From: Candidatus Woesebacteria bacterium RIFCSPHIGHO2_02_FULL_42_20
GTDB taxonomy: Bacteria; Patescibacteriota; Microgenomatia; UBA8517
Assembly (NCBI GenBank): GCA_001792535.1
Contig: MGGS01000008.1
Location: forward strand, 11,016-75,015
Direction: 5' to 3'
Length of the DNA: 64,000 bases
Below, piece after piece: positions 8,893 to 19,055 of the stretch. A program made the translations under genes and the position numbers. The notes under the pieces were generated by a model, which searched no databases, was not told the origin of the DNA, and saw only the letters and a program-made list of their open reading frames with translations. The first letter of the stretch is position 1. Each line of letters starts with the position of its first letter.

Positions 8893-10569
8893 ATGTTAAA
8901 CAAAGATCAAATAATCAAAAGCCTATCGAAAGCAACGGGTTTGCCGGAAAGCGAAATAAAACTCTATTTTCCCGAGCGGGAAGAGCATGGGGATTACGCG
9001 ACGAACGTCGCGTTCCACCAGTCACCAATCACCAGTCACCAATCACCTTATCAAATTGCCGAAAAGATTATAGAAAAGCTTAAGACGGACAAAGATCTAA
9101 ACAAGATCGTAGATAAAATCGAAGTCGCTGGCCCCGGATTTATCAATTTCTTTCTGTCAAAAGAGGCGTTACTTGATACACTAGTTGATATTAACAATGA
9201 GAAAGATGCATTCGGGAAGTCAGATTTATTAAAGGGAAAAAGAATAATGTTTGAGTTTGGCCAGCCCAACACCCACAAGTTACCACATATAGGCCACTTA
9301 TTTTCTTACATTTATGGCGCCAGTATGACTAACATTTTGGAATTAGCGGGCTCTAAACTTCGCCGAGTGAATTACCAAGGTGATATTGGGCCTCATGTGG
9401 CAAAGTGTCTTTGGGCCTTTGAGAGAGGGAATCCGTCGGTACCAAGTACTTTGGAGGGAAAAGTAAATCTTTTACAAAAGATGTATCAGAAAGGAGCGCA
9501 GGCGTTTGAAAAGGACGAGAAAACAAAAACAGAGATTTTGGAGATTAACAAGAAAATCTATCTGAAAAAAGAACCCTGGTTTAGTCTTTGGCAAAAAACC
9601 AGAGGGTGGAATCTTGAATATTACAAAAAATTTGAGAAGAGATTGGGGGTTTCTTACGACAGGTATTATTTTGAAAGTGAGGTAGAGGAGATGGGGAAGA
9701 AGATAGTTGAGAATAATATTGGCGAGGTTTTTGAAAAAAGCGAAGGAGCACTAATTTTCAAAGGCAGCAAAGTGGGTCTGCATGATAGAGTTTTTGTTAC
9801 AAAATACGGCACCCCGACTTATGAAGCCAAGGACATGTATCTGCAAAAGTTGAAGATGGAGGAGTGGCCTTACGATCTTTTAATAATTACCACGGCGCAC
9901 GAGCAAAATGAATATTTCAAGGTGGTTTTTAAGGCTTTGGGAACATTGGACACTGCCTATAAAGGAAAACTTATGCATATTGGTTTTGGGATGGTGAACC
10001 TTAAAAGCGGCAAAATGAGCTCAAGAACCGGTGAGATTGTAAGTGCAGTAGATTTAGTTGATAAAGTTGTCGAAAAAGTGAGCCAGATAAATAAAGACAA
10101 GAAAATTGCAGAAGCAGTTGGCTTGGGAGCAGTCAAATACTCGTTTTTAAAAAATAATCCTTTACAGGATACAAAATTTGACATTGAAGAAAGCATTGCT
10201 CAGGAGGGAAATAGTGGACCCTACTTGCAATATACACACGCTCGTACACAGAGCGTTTTGCGCAAAGCAAAACCCACCAACCACCAACCACCAATCACCA
10301 ATCACGCGCTTTCAGCGCCTGAACTATCGGTTTTGCGTTTTCTTCCCCGTTTTCCCCAAATCGTTGAAAATGCAGCTAAAACCTACTCACCTAACTTGAT
10401 CTGCAATTACCTCTTTGATCTGGCCCAAAGATATAACAATTTTTATAATTCGAATCGGATACTAGGGGAGAAAAGTGAAAACTTCAGATTGGCATTGACT
10501 TTGGCAGTCGGCCAAATTCTCAAAACCAGCCTTAATCTTTTGGGAATTAAAGCACCTGAAAGGATGTAG
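8893..10569 (+). CDS. argS: Arginine--tRNA ligase
   Basis: HGDYATN, AGPGFINF, PNTHKLPHIGH, KMSSRTG, GNSGPYLQYTHAR, LLGIKAPERM. Confidence 0.97.
   Translation: MLNKDQIIKSLSKATGLPESEIKLYFPEREEHGDYATNVAFHQSPITSHQSPYQIAEKIIEKLKTDKDLNKIVDKIEVAGPGFINFFLSKEALLDTLVDINNEKDAFGKSDLLKGKRIMFEFGQPNTHKLPHIGHLFSYIYGASMTNILELAGSKLRRVNYQGDIGPHVAKCLWAFERGNPSVPSTLEGKVNLLQKMYQKGAQAFEKDEKTKTEILEINKKIYLKKEPWFSLWQKTRGWNLEYYKKFEKRLGVSYDRYYFESEVEEMGKKIVENNIGEVFEKSEGALIFKGSKVGLHDRVFVTKYGTPTYEAKDMYLQKLKMEEWPYDLLIITTAHEQNEYFKVVFKALGTLDTAYKGKLMHIGFGMVNLKSGKMSSRTGEIVSAVDLVDKVVEKVSQINKDKKIAEAVGLGAVKYSFLKNNPLQDTKFDIEESIAQEGNSGPYLQYTHARTQSVLRKAKPTNHQPPITNHALSAPELSVLRFLPRFPQIVENAAKTYSPNLICNYLFDLAQRYNNFYNSNRILGEKSENFRLALTLAVGQILKTSLNLLGIKAPERM
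9016..9047 (+). repeat. CACCA(G/A)T heptamer x4.5 within argS
   Basis: caccagt caccaat caccagt caccaat cacc (encodes HQSPITSHQSP). Confidence 0.85.
10275..10305 (+). repeat. CACCAA(C/T) heptamer x4 within argS
   Basis: caccaac caccaac caccaat caccaat cac (encodes TNHQPPITNH). Confidence 0.85.
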
Positions 10570-10575
10570 TAAGAT

Positions 10576-11043
10576 TCAGCAGACTGTTTTAGATGTTGAA
10601 GTACCCGCCGGTTTGGGTTTTGACCATATACCAAAAACAATAAAAGCTCGGTCATCCGGTCCGCTGGTCGAGCCCTCTGGTGGAGGTGGCGCCACTCTTC
10701 TGACTTCTTTCAGGAGGTTTCTGCCATAATTGTCAACTTGAGGTTTGGATTGCCCCCCGGTTTTTGCCGAGAAAGGGAGAGATAGGACACTTTTTGCGGC
10801 TTCTCTTCCTAGGATTCCCAAGCAGCCTGCGCCCAAGGGGCATCTTTGAGCAAGGTCTCCCGTTGCCCTGGCAAGTCCTGCCAATCCGCCTCCATTTTCG
10901 TCAAATACATTTACAAAACGTCCACTGCAGGAAGCGCCGCCTGTTTTTTGCTTCCATGGGCAAGTGTAGGATACAGTCTGGGCAGCCCTTTCCCTATAGG
11001 CATTGACAAGAGCATGAACAGCCTAATTAAATATTTCAGCCAT
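10576..11043 (-). pseudogene. Hypothetical Cys-containing protein with in-frame TAG at codon 7
   Basis: TATAAT-6 nt-ATG at 11043; MAEIFN*AVHALVNAY... stays in frame with the 10884-10576 ORF. Confidence 0.45.
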
Positions 11044-11065
11044 GATGTATTATAACAGCATTCAA

Positions 11066-11098
11066 GAGAACCCCGCTCTCAGTACGGGGAGAATGTCA
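11066..11098 (+). mobile_element. Possible orphan IS200/IS605 right-end hairpin
   Basis: GAACCCCG-ctctcagta-CGGGGAGAATGTCA resembles the CCCC..GGGGAGGATGTCA IS605-type right end; no tnpA/tnpB nearby. Confidence 0.4.
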
Positions 11099-11102
11099 TT
11101 AA

Positions 11103-13604
11103 TTAATCCGTGCTGCTGAACTTGTAATAAATCCGTTTGGCAAACTCCGTGGTTAAAAAATAGACCAGAACCAAGATAAAGACGCTTAGCATAAAGCCCG
11201 TTTCGGGTCTAGCGAACTTGAAGGCCTGCTGGCCAAAAGCAGTAAACGGCAGGGCTATAGTAGCGATCCCTGCGACGAAAGTGAGAAGAATCAGTGTTGC
11301 CGACGGACGGCTTGCTTTCCAAAAGGAAAACTTGGTGCGGATTGAGTAAATGAAGACAAGTTCAGTCAGAATTGAGCCGACAAACCACATTGTCTGGAGA
11401 GTCTCCGGGCTGTACTGCGAAAAGATGGCGAAGAAAATAAAATCAAAGACCGAACTTACCAGGCCTAAAATAGTTGCAATTAGGGCAATGCCTTTGAGGT
11501 CGTATTTATTGGGCACAGTAAGTTCACGAGTATCCACGCTGTCTGTTGCAATGGCAATCATCGGAAAGTCCGAGAGTAAATTGACCAGAAGGATTTGGAC
11601 CGGAAGCATGGGGAGGTAGTTGACTAGAAGAGAGGCAACCGCTACCGCATAGAAATTGCCGAAATTTGAGGCTAAGGTGGCCTGGATGTATTTAGTCGTG
11701 TTGGCAAAGATTTTTCTGCCTTCCTCTATTCCTTCGATTATGACTCGCAAGCTTTTGTGAAGCAAAACGATGTCTGCAGTGTCTTTGGCAATGTCGCTTG
11801 CACCTGACACAATAATGGCTACATTTGCAGCTTTTAATGCCGGTGCGTCGTTAATGCCTTCGCCCAGGAAACCCACCTCGTGGTTTTCTTTTAAAGCCTC
11901 GACGATCCTGTGCTTTTGCGCAGGCGTGACTCTGGCGAATATTGTGTAGCGACCCACCGCCTCATTAAATTGATTAGTGCTTAATTCTTCGAGTTTGTTG
12001 CCTGAGGTGACTTGGCTCTGCGACTTGATAAGGCCTATCGCCAAGCCTACTGTACCTGAAACTTCGCTGCTATCCCCGGTCAAGATTTTGATGGTAAGCC
12101 CTAGTTTTTTTGCATTGGCGATTGCAGCCGCGGCAGTAGGCTTGATCGGGTCGGTGAAGGAAATGACTCCGTCGAATTCCATAGAGTTCTCCTGATCCTC
12201 AATGTCGATCTTGGTTCCCGGAAGCTCTTTGTGAGCGATTGCTATAGTTCTTTTTCCTAAGTTACCTTTTGACGAGACCCAATTTTGATACTTGTTGTCA
12301 GTAAGCTTGCAAAGTTTGAAAATAGTGTCAGGTGCGCCTCGAGAAATAAGCAGATATTTTCCTTTGTACCTGACCAGTAGAGTATTTCTTCTTCGCTCAG
12401 GGTCAAAGGGTATTTCTTTTTCCGTTTTCGGGCAGTTTAACCCCCCAAGGACCTTATTTGCTGCCGATATTATTGCCATGTCAAAAGGGTCGCTACCACT
12501 GCCTCCAGGCTGATTTGAGGCCCAGTAGGCGTACTTCAGGCAATCACTCGATGAGGCGGGATGGATTTCATCCAAAGTGAGTCTGTTTTCAGTCAGGGTA
12601 CCGGTTTTATCCGTGCATAAAACTTCAATGCCGCCCAAGTCTTCTACGCTTGAAAGCCTTTTGACCACAACGTGTTTTTTTGCAAGCCTTAAAGCTCCTC
12701 TTGAAAGGGAAAAAGTGGTAACAAGGGGGAGGGCCTCGGGTATGACGCTGACGGCTAAGGCCACGGAAAAGACTGCAAGCTGGAATTTATCGGTGCCGGT
12801 GCCTTTTATGACCAGATTTATAATGTAAAGAATAACCAAAGTTGCTACAATCAACCTGAGGGTGAATGTTGAAAACTTGGCGATGCCTTTTTCGAAGCTT
12901 CCGGTGTGGGTGGTTTGAGTAGTCAGGCGTTCTATTTCGCCGAATGCAGTGTCTTTGGCTGTCGCAATGACAATTCCGGTGGCGTTTCCATGCATCACGC
13001 TGGTTGCGCTAAAGGCGATATTTTTGGCTTTGACAATTTGATCGACTGCGCCGCTTAATTTTTCGGAGGTTTTGGAAACCCTGTCTGATTCTCCTGTTAA
13101 GATTGACTCATCGATAATCAGGTTGTTGCAGGTAATGATCCTCATGTCAGCGGGGATAATGTCTCCGGGCTCGATTGCGACAATGTCGCCCGGGACCAAC
13201 TTTTCGGCCGGTAGAGATATTAGTTTTTTATCGCGGATTACCATTGAGTGGGCTGTGGTATAAGTGGAGAGAATTTTTACCGCCTGGTGCGATCTGTACT
13301 CCTGGGTGAAACCCAAGAAGGTGTTGATGACTACGAAGCCTATAATTATTACGCTGTCTGCCGTCTCACCCAAGAAAAAAGTAAAAATGGAGGCGATTAT
13401 AAGGACGTAGATAAATGGAGAGGTGAGTTGGCGGATCAAAATGTGGTACCAGTGAATTTCTTTTGCTTTGATTTTATTCAAACCATATTTTTTGAGTCGT
13501 GCCCCGGCTTCTTTGTGGGTAAGTCCGTCTGATGATGAGTGAAGATAGGAAAAAAGTTTTGAGTTGTCTTTCGTAGAGGATGATAAAGCGATACTGTCTT
13601 TCAT
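11103..13604 (-). CDS. mgtA: P-type cation-transporting ATPase, MgtA-like (Mg2+)
   Basis: TGES, PEALP, DKTGT, PFDPERRR, TGD, GEGINDAPAL, PMLPVQILLVNLLSD; coupled to mgtE. Confidence 0.82.
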   Translation of the reverse strand: MKDSIALSSSTKDNSKLFSYLHSSSDGLTHKEAGARLKKYGLNKIKAKEIHWYHILIRQLTSPFIYVLIIASIFTFFLGETADSVIIIGFVVINTFLGFTQEYRSHQAVKILSTYTTAHSMVIRDKKLISLPAEKLVPGDIVAIEPGDIIPADMRIITCNNLIIDESILTGESDRVSKTSEKLSGAVDQIVKAKNIAFSATSVMHGNATGIVIATAKDTAFGEIERLTTQTTHTGSFEKGIAKFSTFTLRLIVATLVILYIINLVIKGTGTDKFQLAVFSVALAVSVIPEALPLVTTFSLSRGALRLAKKHVVVKRLSSVEDLGGIEVLCTDKTGTLTENRLTLDEIHPASSSDCLKYAYWASNQPGGSGSDPFDMAIISAANKVLGGLNCPKTEKEIPFDPERRRNTLLVRYKGKYLLISRGAPDTIFKLCKLTDNKYQNWVSSKGNLGKRTIAIAHKELPGTKIDIEDQENSMEFDGVISFTDPIKPTAAAAIANAKKLGLTIKILTGDSSEVSGTVGLAIGLIKSQSQVTSGNKLEELSTNQFNEAVGRYTIFARVTPAQKHRIVEALKENHEVGFLGEGINDAPALKAANVAIIVSGASDIAKDTADIVLLHKSLRVIIEGIEEGRKIFANTTKYIQATLASNFGNFYAVAVASLLVNYLPMLPVQILLVNLLSDFPMIAIATDSVDTRELTVPNKYDLKGIALIATILGLVSSVFDFIFFAIFSQYSPETLQTMWFVGSILTELVFIYSIRTKFSFWKASRPSATLILLTFVAGIATIALPFTAFGQQAFKFARPETGFMLSVFILVLVYFLTTEFAKRIYYKFSSTD

Positions 13605-14587
13605 TTTGAAAGCACTACCGTGGCAACGAGAAAGTAAATGATTAGGCTAACGATATCCTGGATGACGGTTGTAAAAGGACCGCTTCCTGCTGCCGGGTCT
13701 CTCCTGAAACGGGTAAATAGCCACGGGATGATTGTCGCAATTAGGCTGGCGCTGGTGACCCCGATGAACATGGAAATAGCAACGATGATTGATATTTGGT
13801 TATTTTGAAAAATGACAAAAGAAAAGATGGCAACCAAAAAAGACAAAATAAAGGCCAGCATTAATGAAGTTTTGGCTTCTTTGACCAGGTATTTTTTTAT
13901 CTTGACTTTTTCGAATGCCGCGGTTCTTACATAAATCGTTTGAGTTTGTGTTCCTACCGCGTCATTCATATAGACAATGACCGGTATGAAAAATGCTAAG
14001 GCAAGCTCTTTTTGCAGTGTGCCCTCGAAATTGCCGACTATTTTAGTGGCAATCATTCCCCCTATAAGCCCCAGAATCAGCCAAGGGATTCTTTTTGCAA
14101 GCATCTTGGTGATGCTCAATTTGTTGACGTCCAAGTCGGCTTCGTTTGCAATTATGCCGGAAAATCTCATCAAGTCTTCAACGTGCTCTTCGTGCAGGAT
14201 TTTGAGTATCTGCCCTTCATCGATTATACCCAAAAAGACGCCTTCTTGGTTTGTTACGGGAACAGTCTGACAGCCTTTTTGAATAGCGAGGCGGGCTACG
14301 TGATGCTGGTGGGAATGATCTGTAACGCTGTCAAATTTCCTGTCCATAATTTCTTCCAACCTTGACTGCGGGTTGGCAGAAAGAAGTTTTTGAAAGTCAA
14401 CCACGCCGACCAGTTTACCGTTTGAGTTAACCACAAAAACATTTTCACTATTGGGCCAGTCGCTGCGGCTTTCGCGGATAGACTTAATTACATGGGCAAC
14501 TTTGTCCCGCCTGGCAAAAGTGAGTTTGCATGGAACGGTATGCTGGCCTATGGAATGGGTTTTATACTCCGGCTTGTCTTCTGACAT
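13601..14587 (-). CDS. mgtE: MgtE magnesium transporter (CBS pair plus TM domain)
   Basis: KRIPWLILGL, FFIPVIVYM..AVGTQ, DPAAGSGPFTTVIQD. Confidence 0.9.
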   Translation of the reverse strand: MSEDKPEYKTHSIGQHTVPCKLTFARRDKVAHVIKSIRESRSDWPNSENVFVVNSNGKLVGVVDFQKLLSANPQSRLEEIMDRKFDSVTDHSHQHHVARLAIQKGCQTVPVTNQEGVFLGIIDEGQILKILHEEHVEDLMRFSGIIANEADLDVNKLSITKMLAKRIPWLILGLIGGMIATKIVGNFEGTLQKELALAFFIPVIVYMNDAVGTQTQTIYVRTAAFEKVKIKKYLVKEAKTSLMLAFILSFLVAIFSFVIFQNNQISIIVAISMFIGVTSASLIATIIPWLFTRFRRDPAAGSGPFTTVIQDIVSLIIYFLVATVVLSK

Positions 14588-14628
14588 ACAATATCATTGT
14601 AATCCCAATTTTTGCTAAAATACAAAAC

Positions 14629-15903
14629 ATGAGGTATGAAGTTTCCAAATTGGCCAATGGGTTGAGGATGCTGTGTGTGCCCACATCTTCGGTGGAGTCT
14701 GCCACCCTGACTATTTGGGTGAAAACAGGTTCCCGCAACGAAACACGAAAATTAAGCGGCATCAGCCATTTTTTGGAACACATGGCGTTTAAAGGGAGTG
14801 CGCGGCGGCCCTCGGCAAAATTAGTGGCCGAAACAGTTGACGGTATTGGCGGAGAATTTAACGCAAGCACATCGAAAGAGTGGATGAATTTTTACATAAA
14901 ATGTAGAGCCGGAAAGCTGGAGGTAGCATTTGACGTAATAGCGGATATGTTACTCAGCCCGCTTTTGCTGGCCGAAGAAATTGAGCGGGAAAAGGGGGTT
15001 ATCTGTGAGGAAATAGCCATGTATGAGGATACTCCGATGCTAAAAATCGGGGATCTTTTTGAGGAAGTAATGTTTGAAGATCATGCGCTTGGATGGGACA
15101 TCGCCGGAACTAAAGAAACCGTCCGCGGCTTGAAACGAAGTGATCTGGTTCGATATATTAGTAATAGGTATTTTACGCAAAATATGCTTCTTACTGTTTC
15201 GGGAGGTATTGAGCCTGACTCAATTAATAAACTTGCCCGACAATTTTTCCTGGATTTGCCTCCTAGTGGTGTGGCACTTTCCCCAAAGCCTTACTTAAGT
15301 AAACAAACCAAGCCCAGGGTACTGCTTAAAACCAAGAAAAGTGACCAAGCCCATTTTATTTTTGGCTTTCCGGTAGGCGGCAGGGGGGCTCCCGACCGCT
15401 TTGTGTCAGCTGTATTGTCAGCTGTTTTAGGCAAGGGCATGTCTTCGCGGCTTTTTACCGAGATTCGGGAGCGACGTGGACTTGCGTATTCGGTGACGAC
15501 AATTTTGGAAAGATATAGGGAAACAGGCTACGCGGCGGCATACGCGGGAGTGGATTTGACTAAAATTGATGAAGCAATAAAAGTTACCGCGGACCAATTT
15601 TACGGCCTTGCTTCCGGCAAATATAAAATCGAATCCGCGGAACTTACCAAAGCAAAAGAGTACTTAAAAGGGCATTTGGCCCTTTCTTTGGAGGACACGA
15701 AAGACGTGAACTATTTTTTTGGTGAGGATGCGCTTTTTAATTTACCCATTGAAACTCCCGAGTCAATGTTTATCAAAATAGATAAGGTAACAGCAGATGA
15801 AGTAGTTTCACTGGCAAAAAAGATTTTTGTGCCCAACCTTGCGAACGTTGCCGTAATTGGCCCTTTCAAAAGCGAGGATCGTTTTGCTAAACTTCTTGTG
15901 TAA
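14629..15903 (+). CDS. M16 family zinc peptidase (pitrilysin/insulinase-like)
   Basis: GISHFLEHMAFKGS, EIEREKGVICEE, SSRLFTEIRERRGLAY. Confidence 0.93.
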   Translation: MRYEVSKLANGLRMLCVPTSSVESATLTIWVKTGSRNETRKLSGISHFLEHMAFKGSARRPSAKLVAETVDGIGGEFNASTSKEWMNFYIKCRAGKLEVAFDVIADMLLSPLLLAEEIEREKGVICEEIAMYEDTPMLKIGDLFEEVMFEDHALGWDIAGTKETVRGLKRSDLVRYISNRYFTQNMLLTVSGGIEPDSINKLARQFFLDLPPSGVALSPKPYLSKQTKPRVLLKTKKSDQAHFIFGFPVGGRGAPDRFVSAVLSAVLGKGMSSRLFTEIRERRGLAYSVTTILERYRETGYAAAYAGVDLTKIDEAIKVTADQFYGLASGKYKIESAELTKAKEYLKGHLALSLEDTKDVNYFFGEDALFNLPIETPESMFIKIDKVTADEVVSLAKKIFVPNLANVAVIGPFKSEDRFAKLLV

Positions 15904-15905
15904 AC

Positions 15906-16487
15906 ATGGAAAGAACAGTCATTTTAATAAAACCTGACGGAGTTCAAAGGGGCTTGATTGGTGAGATTATATCCCGTTTTGAAAAAGTGGGTTTAAAGCT
16001 AATTGCTCTGAAAATGGTTCACGTCGACAAGTCTCATGTCCGAAAGCACTATTCAAGTGATCGCACTGAGTGGTTAAGTCAGATCGGGGAAAAGACTTTA
16101 AAAGCCTACAGGGAGTTTGGCAAAGACCCTGATGAGTTTTTGGGAACAATAAATCCATTGGAAATAGGTAAAATGATAAACCGGTGGAATATTGATTATT
16201 TGACTTCAGGGCCGTTAGTCGCAATTTTACTGGAGGGTAATCACGCCATATCGGTTGTCAGAAAAATGGTTGGATTTACTCACCCCGATTTGGCAGACGC
16301 TGGGACAATCAGAGGAATGTATTCGGTTGATTCAACTGACCTTGCAAACGAGAAGAAAAGAGCCGCCAGAAACTTAGTCCACGCTTCGGGAAATGCAGAG
16401 GAGGCAAAGTTTGAAGAGGAGTTGTGGTTTCATAAAGCGGAAATTCATTCCTACAAACGAAGTGACGAGGAAGCGATGTTAGGATAG
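15906..16487 (+). CDS. ndk: Nucleoside diphosphate kinase
   Basis: ERTVILIKPDGVQRGLIGEIISRFE, GTIRG, NLVHASG. Confidence 0.95.
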   Translation: MERTVILIKPDGVQRGLIGEIISRFEKVGLKLIALKMVHVDKSHVRKHYSSDRTEWLSQIGEKTLKAYREFGKDPDEFLGTINPLEIGKMINRWNIDYLTSGPLVAILLEGNHAISVVRKMVGFTHPDLADAGTIRGMYSVDSTDLANEKKRAARNLVHASGNAEEAKFEEELWFHKAEIHSYKRSDEEAMLG

Positions 16488-17496
16488 TTAATATTACCCA
16501 GTGGCTGACACCGATGGGTTGGACAAAGGCAAAAAGTAGCCATCCAACTAGCCCGATAAAGAGTACGTGATCATGCTTAGCTATTTTTTTGGCCACCATC
16601 ACTAGCCACAATGTAAATGCCGCTAACCCTATCAGGCCTGACCAAATTGCCACATCCAAAAACAGGTTGTGGCTGCGCTCGACAATAAGCTCGTGCAAAG
16701 GCAAGTTGACCCGGGCGAACATTTCGCCAAAAACGACTTCATTTGTCTCGGCCCCGAAACCTAATAAAGGCCTTTCTCTAATTGTTTTAAAGGCCAGTGA
16801 CCAGATAGTAAACCTGCTCTCAAATGCTGAAACGTTTTTTTCGAGGTATGCTCCCAGGATCGATATCAGTACAAATCCAACTCCCGCAAGAGAAACAAGA
16901 TATTTACTGCGAATTAAATTGGTGAAAGTGACAATTGCGAATATAGCTAAGCCTGATCTGGAACCCGTGACAATGATAGCTATGAGGATAATTGGAAGTA
17001 AGACTATCTTGTAACGGCTTTTTTGAACAAAAGTGCTTCCAATTACCAGAAACCCCGCAACTGAATTTGCCTCGCCGATTGTTCCTATTGGGCTTATTAG
17101 TATTACAACCAAAGATTGAATAACGATCGAAATAATGATGGATTTAATCAGTAAGTTTTTTAGTTTTAGGCTGAACCCTTCAATTGTTTTGCCCAGGACA
17201 AAAAGAACCAGAAAAAACAGTATTCCTTGGTGCCGGTAGCTGCTTCCTAAAATTGAGTCAATCGGATGTACACCCATTAGGCTTGAGGCAAGCATAATGA
17301 CTAGCCAGAGTAAAAATGCATAATCAACCTTTTTTAAATTGACTTTTTTACTCCACAAAAAAAGGATCCAAAAGACAAAGAGCAGAACCCCACCAATTAG
17401 AAAGAAGACTATCTTTGGCCCCTCATATGAATTATTTAGAGTCACAAGCGGTAATGTGGCTGACCAAATTATTATTAATCTGAAGATAGTTGACAT
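16309..17496 (-). CDS. O-antigen ligase/Wzy_C family membrane protein
   Basis: Multiple TM segments; TGSRSG, SRFTIW..RPLLGFG, RSHNLFLD; 3' tail overlaps ndk antisense. Confidence 0.82.
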   Translation of the reverse strand: MSTIFRLIIIWSATLPLVTLNNSYEGPKIVFFLIGGVLLFVFWILFLWSKKVNLKKVDYAFLLWLVIMLASSLMGVHPIDSILGSSYRHQGILFFLVLFVLGKTIEGFSLKLKNLLIKSIIISIVIQSLVVILISPIGTIGEANSVAGFLVIGSTFVQKSRYKIVLLPIILIAIIVTGSRSGLAIFAIVTFTNLIRSKYLVSLAGVGFVLISILGAYLEKNVSAFESRFTIWSLAFKTIRERPLLGFGAETNEVVFGEMFARVNLPLHELIVERSHNLFLDVAIWSGLIGLAAFTLWLVMVAKKIAKHDHVLFIGLVGWLLFAFVQPIGVSHWVILTILTSLPRHFVCRNEFPLYETTTPLQTLPPLHFPKRGLSFWRLFSSRLQGQLNQPNTFL

Positions 17497-17525
17497 TTGG
17501 ACCTGATGTAATCATATTAATATAA

Positions 17526-19055
17526 GTGAGGAACATAGTTCACATTCAAAAGGGCATGGATTTCAATGACAGGGTTGTGGCACTTTCGGGTACACTGGTG
17601 CTTGTAATCACTCTACCATTGTTACTATTTGCTTTAACGACAAGACAATATTCACTTAAAACGAAAGCTGCGTCAGGTGAGCCAGTGCCGCCCGTAAGTG
17701 GTGCGTTTGGCAAAGCAGCTTCATTTGATGGCTCGACAGCTTATATAAGTCTTAATAACTCGGGGACTTTAAATTCAAATTATGGATTTACAATAGAAAC
17801 CTGGCTAAGAGTGCCGGAGATAACAACCTCAGCGATGTCAGTTTTTAATAAACATATTCCCGCAATTTATAACTACTCCCCTGAGTTATTAGTCTCAAAC
17901 TCAGTCAATCAGGATGGAAGTTACAGAGTGGCTTATCATTTTTCGGTAGCAAATGGTACATATTGTTTAAACACCACTACGTCATACACTGAGACAATTC
18001 CGAAAGATTCATTCTCTATAGTTACTTCGTGGAAGCACGTTGCTGCGGTAATTCAGAATGATGGCAGAAGTGAGTTATTTATTAATGGACAGAAGAAAGG
18101 TGCGTCAACAAGCATAGCAAGTCCGTGTAATGGAGGTGGCAGTGGCGCAGTCGGCGCACGCTTAGGTGGGGATGGCAGCACTTTATATGGCCAATATAAG
18201 GGAGAAATGGATGAGCTGAGGATTTCAAATATCGTACGGTATGACAGTGATTTTTCCATCCCTACAACTCCCTTTGCAAGTGATGCAAATACTATACTTT
18301 TGTACCATTTTGATGGAAATCTTGTTAACTCAGCTAGCCAGGACTATCATGGATTGCCACACGGAGGTTTTACGTATGTAGAAAGTACGGTACCTTCACA
18401 AAATTACTCATTACAATTTGATGGCAGAGATTTTGCGAAATCTGTTGACTTGCCGCTTCTCAGCGAATTTACGGTTGAGGCTTGGGTCAAAAGAGTCAAA
18501 GATACTGGAGATTATGAAGCATTTCTTTCTGATGCTAACGCAAACTATAGCCAAGCTATGTTGACACTTTTTATCGATGGCGGGAACAAGGATTGTGACC
18601 AAGATGAATTTGCATATTACCAGGTTAATGGTGATGATACTCAGTGTTCGGGAATTGTTGCCGATCTTGGCAACTGGCACCATGTAGCGGTTGTCAGGGA
18701 GGCAAGTGGTATTAGAAGAATATTTATTGATGGCAATATGGTGTCCGAGGCACTGAATTCGCCTTCTCCCACAAATAGTAATACACAATTACACTTAGGT
18801 CGTGCAGGAAGATTCAATAGCGAGTACTTTCAAGGTTATGTTGACGACGTGCGAATTTCAAAAGTGGCTCGATATAATGCTGACTTTGTTGCGGTAAGGA
18901 ACTCACTCGAGACGGATACTAATACGCTTTTGCTCTATAAATTTAATGAAGGGAGTGGGCAAGCAGTGGCGGACCTGTCAGGCAATGGAAACAATGCGGT
19001 GCTAGGGAATACTAATGGGGTTGAGAGAGCGGATCCCCAGTGGTCACTAGAGTAA
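17526..19055 (+). CDS. Membrane-anchored protein with two LamG/concanavalin-like domains
   Basis: FTIETW..WKHVAAV..LFING..GEMDELRISN and FTVEAW..WHHVAVV..IFIDG..GYVDDVRISK; DANTILLYHFD/DTNTLLLYKFNE. Confidence 0.85.
   Translation: MRNIVHIQKGMDFNDRVVALSGTLVLVITLPLLLFALTTRQYSLKTKAASGEPVPPVSGAFGKAASFDGSTAYISLNNSGTLNSNYGFTIETWLRVPEITTSAMSVFNKHIPAIYNYSPELLVSNSVNQDGSYRVAYHFSVANGTYCLNTTTSYTETIPKDSFSIVTSWKHVAAVIQNDGRSELFINGQKKGASTSIASPCNGGGSGAVGARLGGDGSTLYGQYKGEMDELRISNIVRYDSDFSIPTTPFASDANTILLYHFDGNLVNSASQDYHGLPHGGFTYVESTVPSQNYSLQFDGRDFAKSVDLPLLSEFTVEAWVKRVKDTGDYEAFLSDANANYSQAMLTLFIDGGNKDCDQDEFAYYQVNGDDTQCSGIVADLGNWHHVAVVREASGIRRIFIDGNMVSEALNSPSPTNSNTQLHLGRAGRFNSEYFQGYVDDVRISKVARYNADFVAVRNSLETDTNTLLLYKFNEGSGQAVADLSGNGNNAVLGNTNGVERADPQWSLE

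Noticed and set aside
16309-16487. Functional antisense overlap between ndk and the O-antigen ligase gene
   Set aside because: The ligase tail after its last TM looks like run-on sequence after loss of a stop; no sign of function
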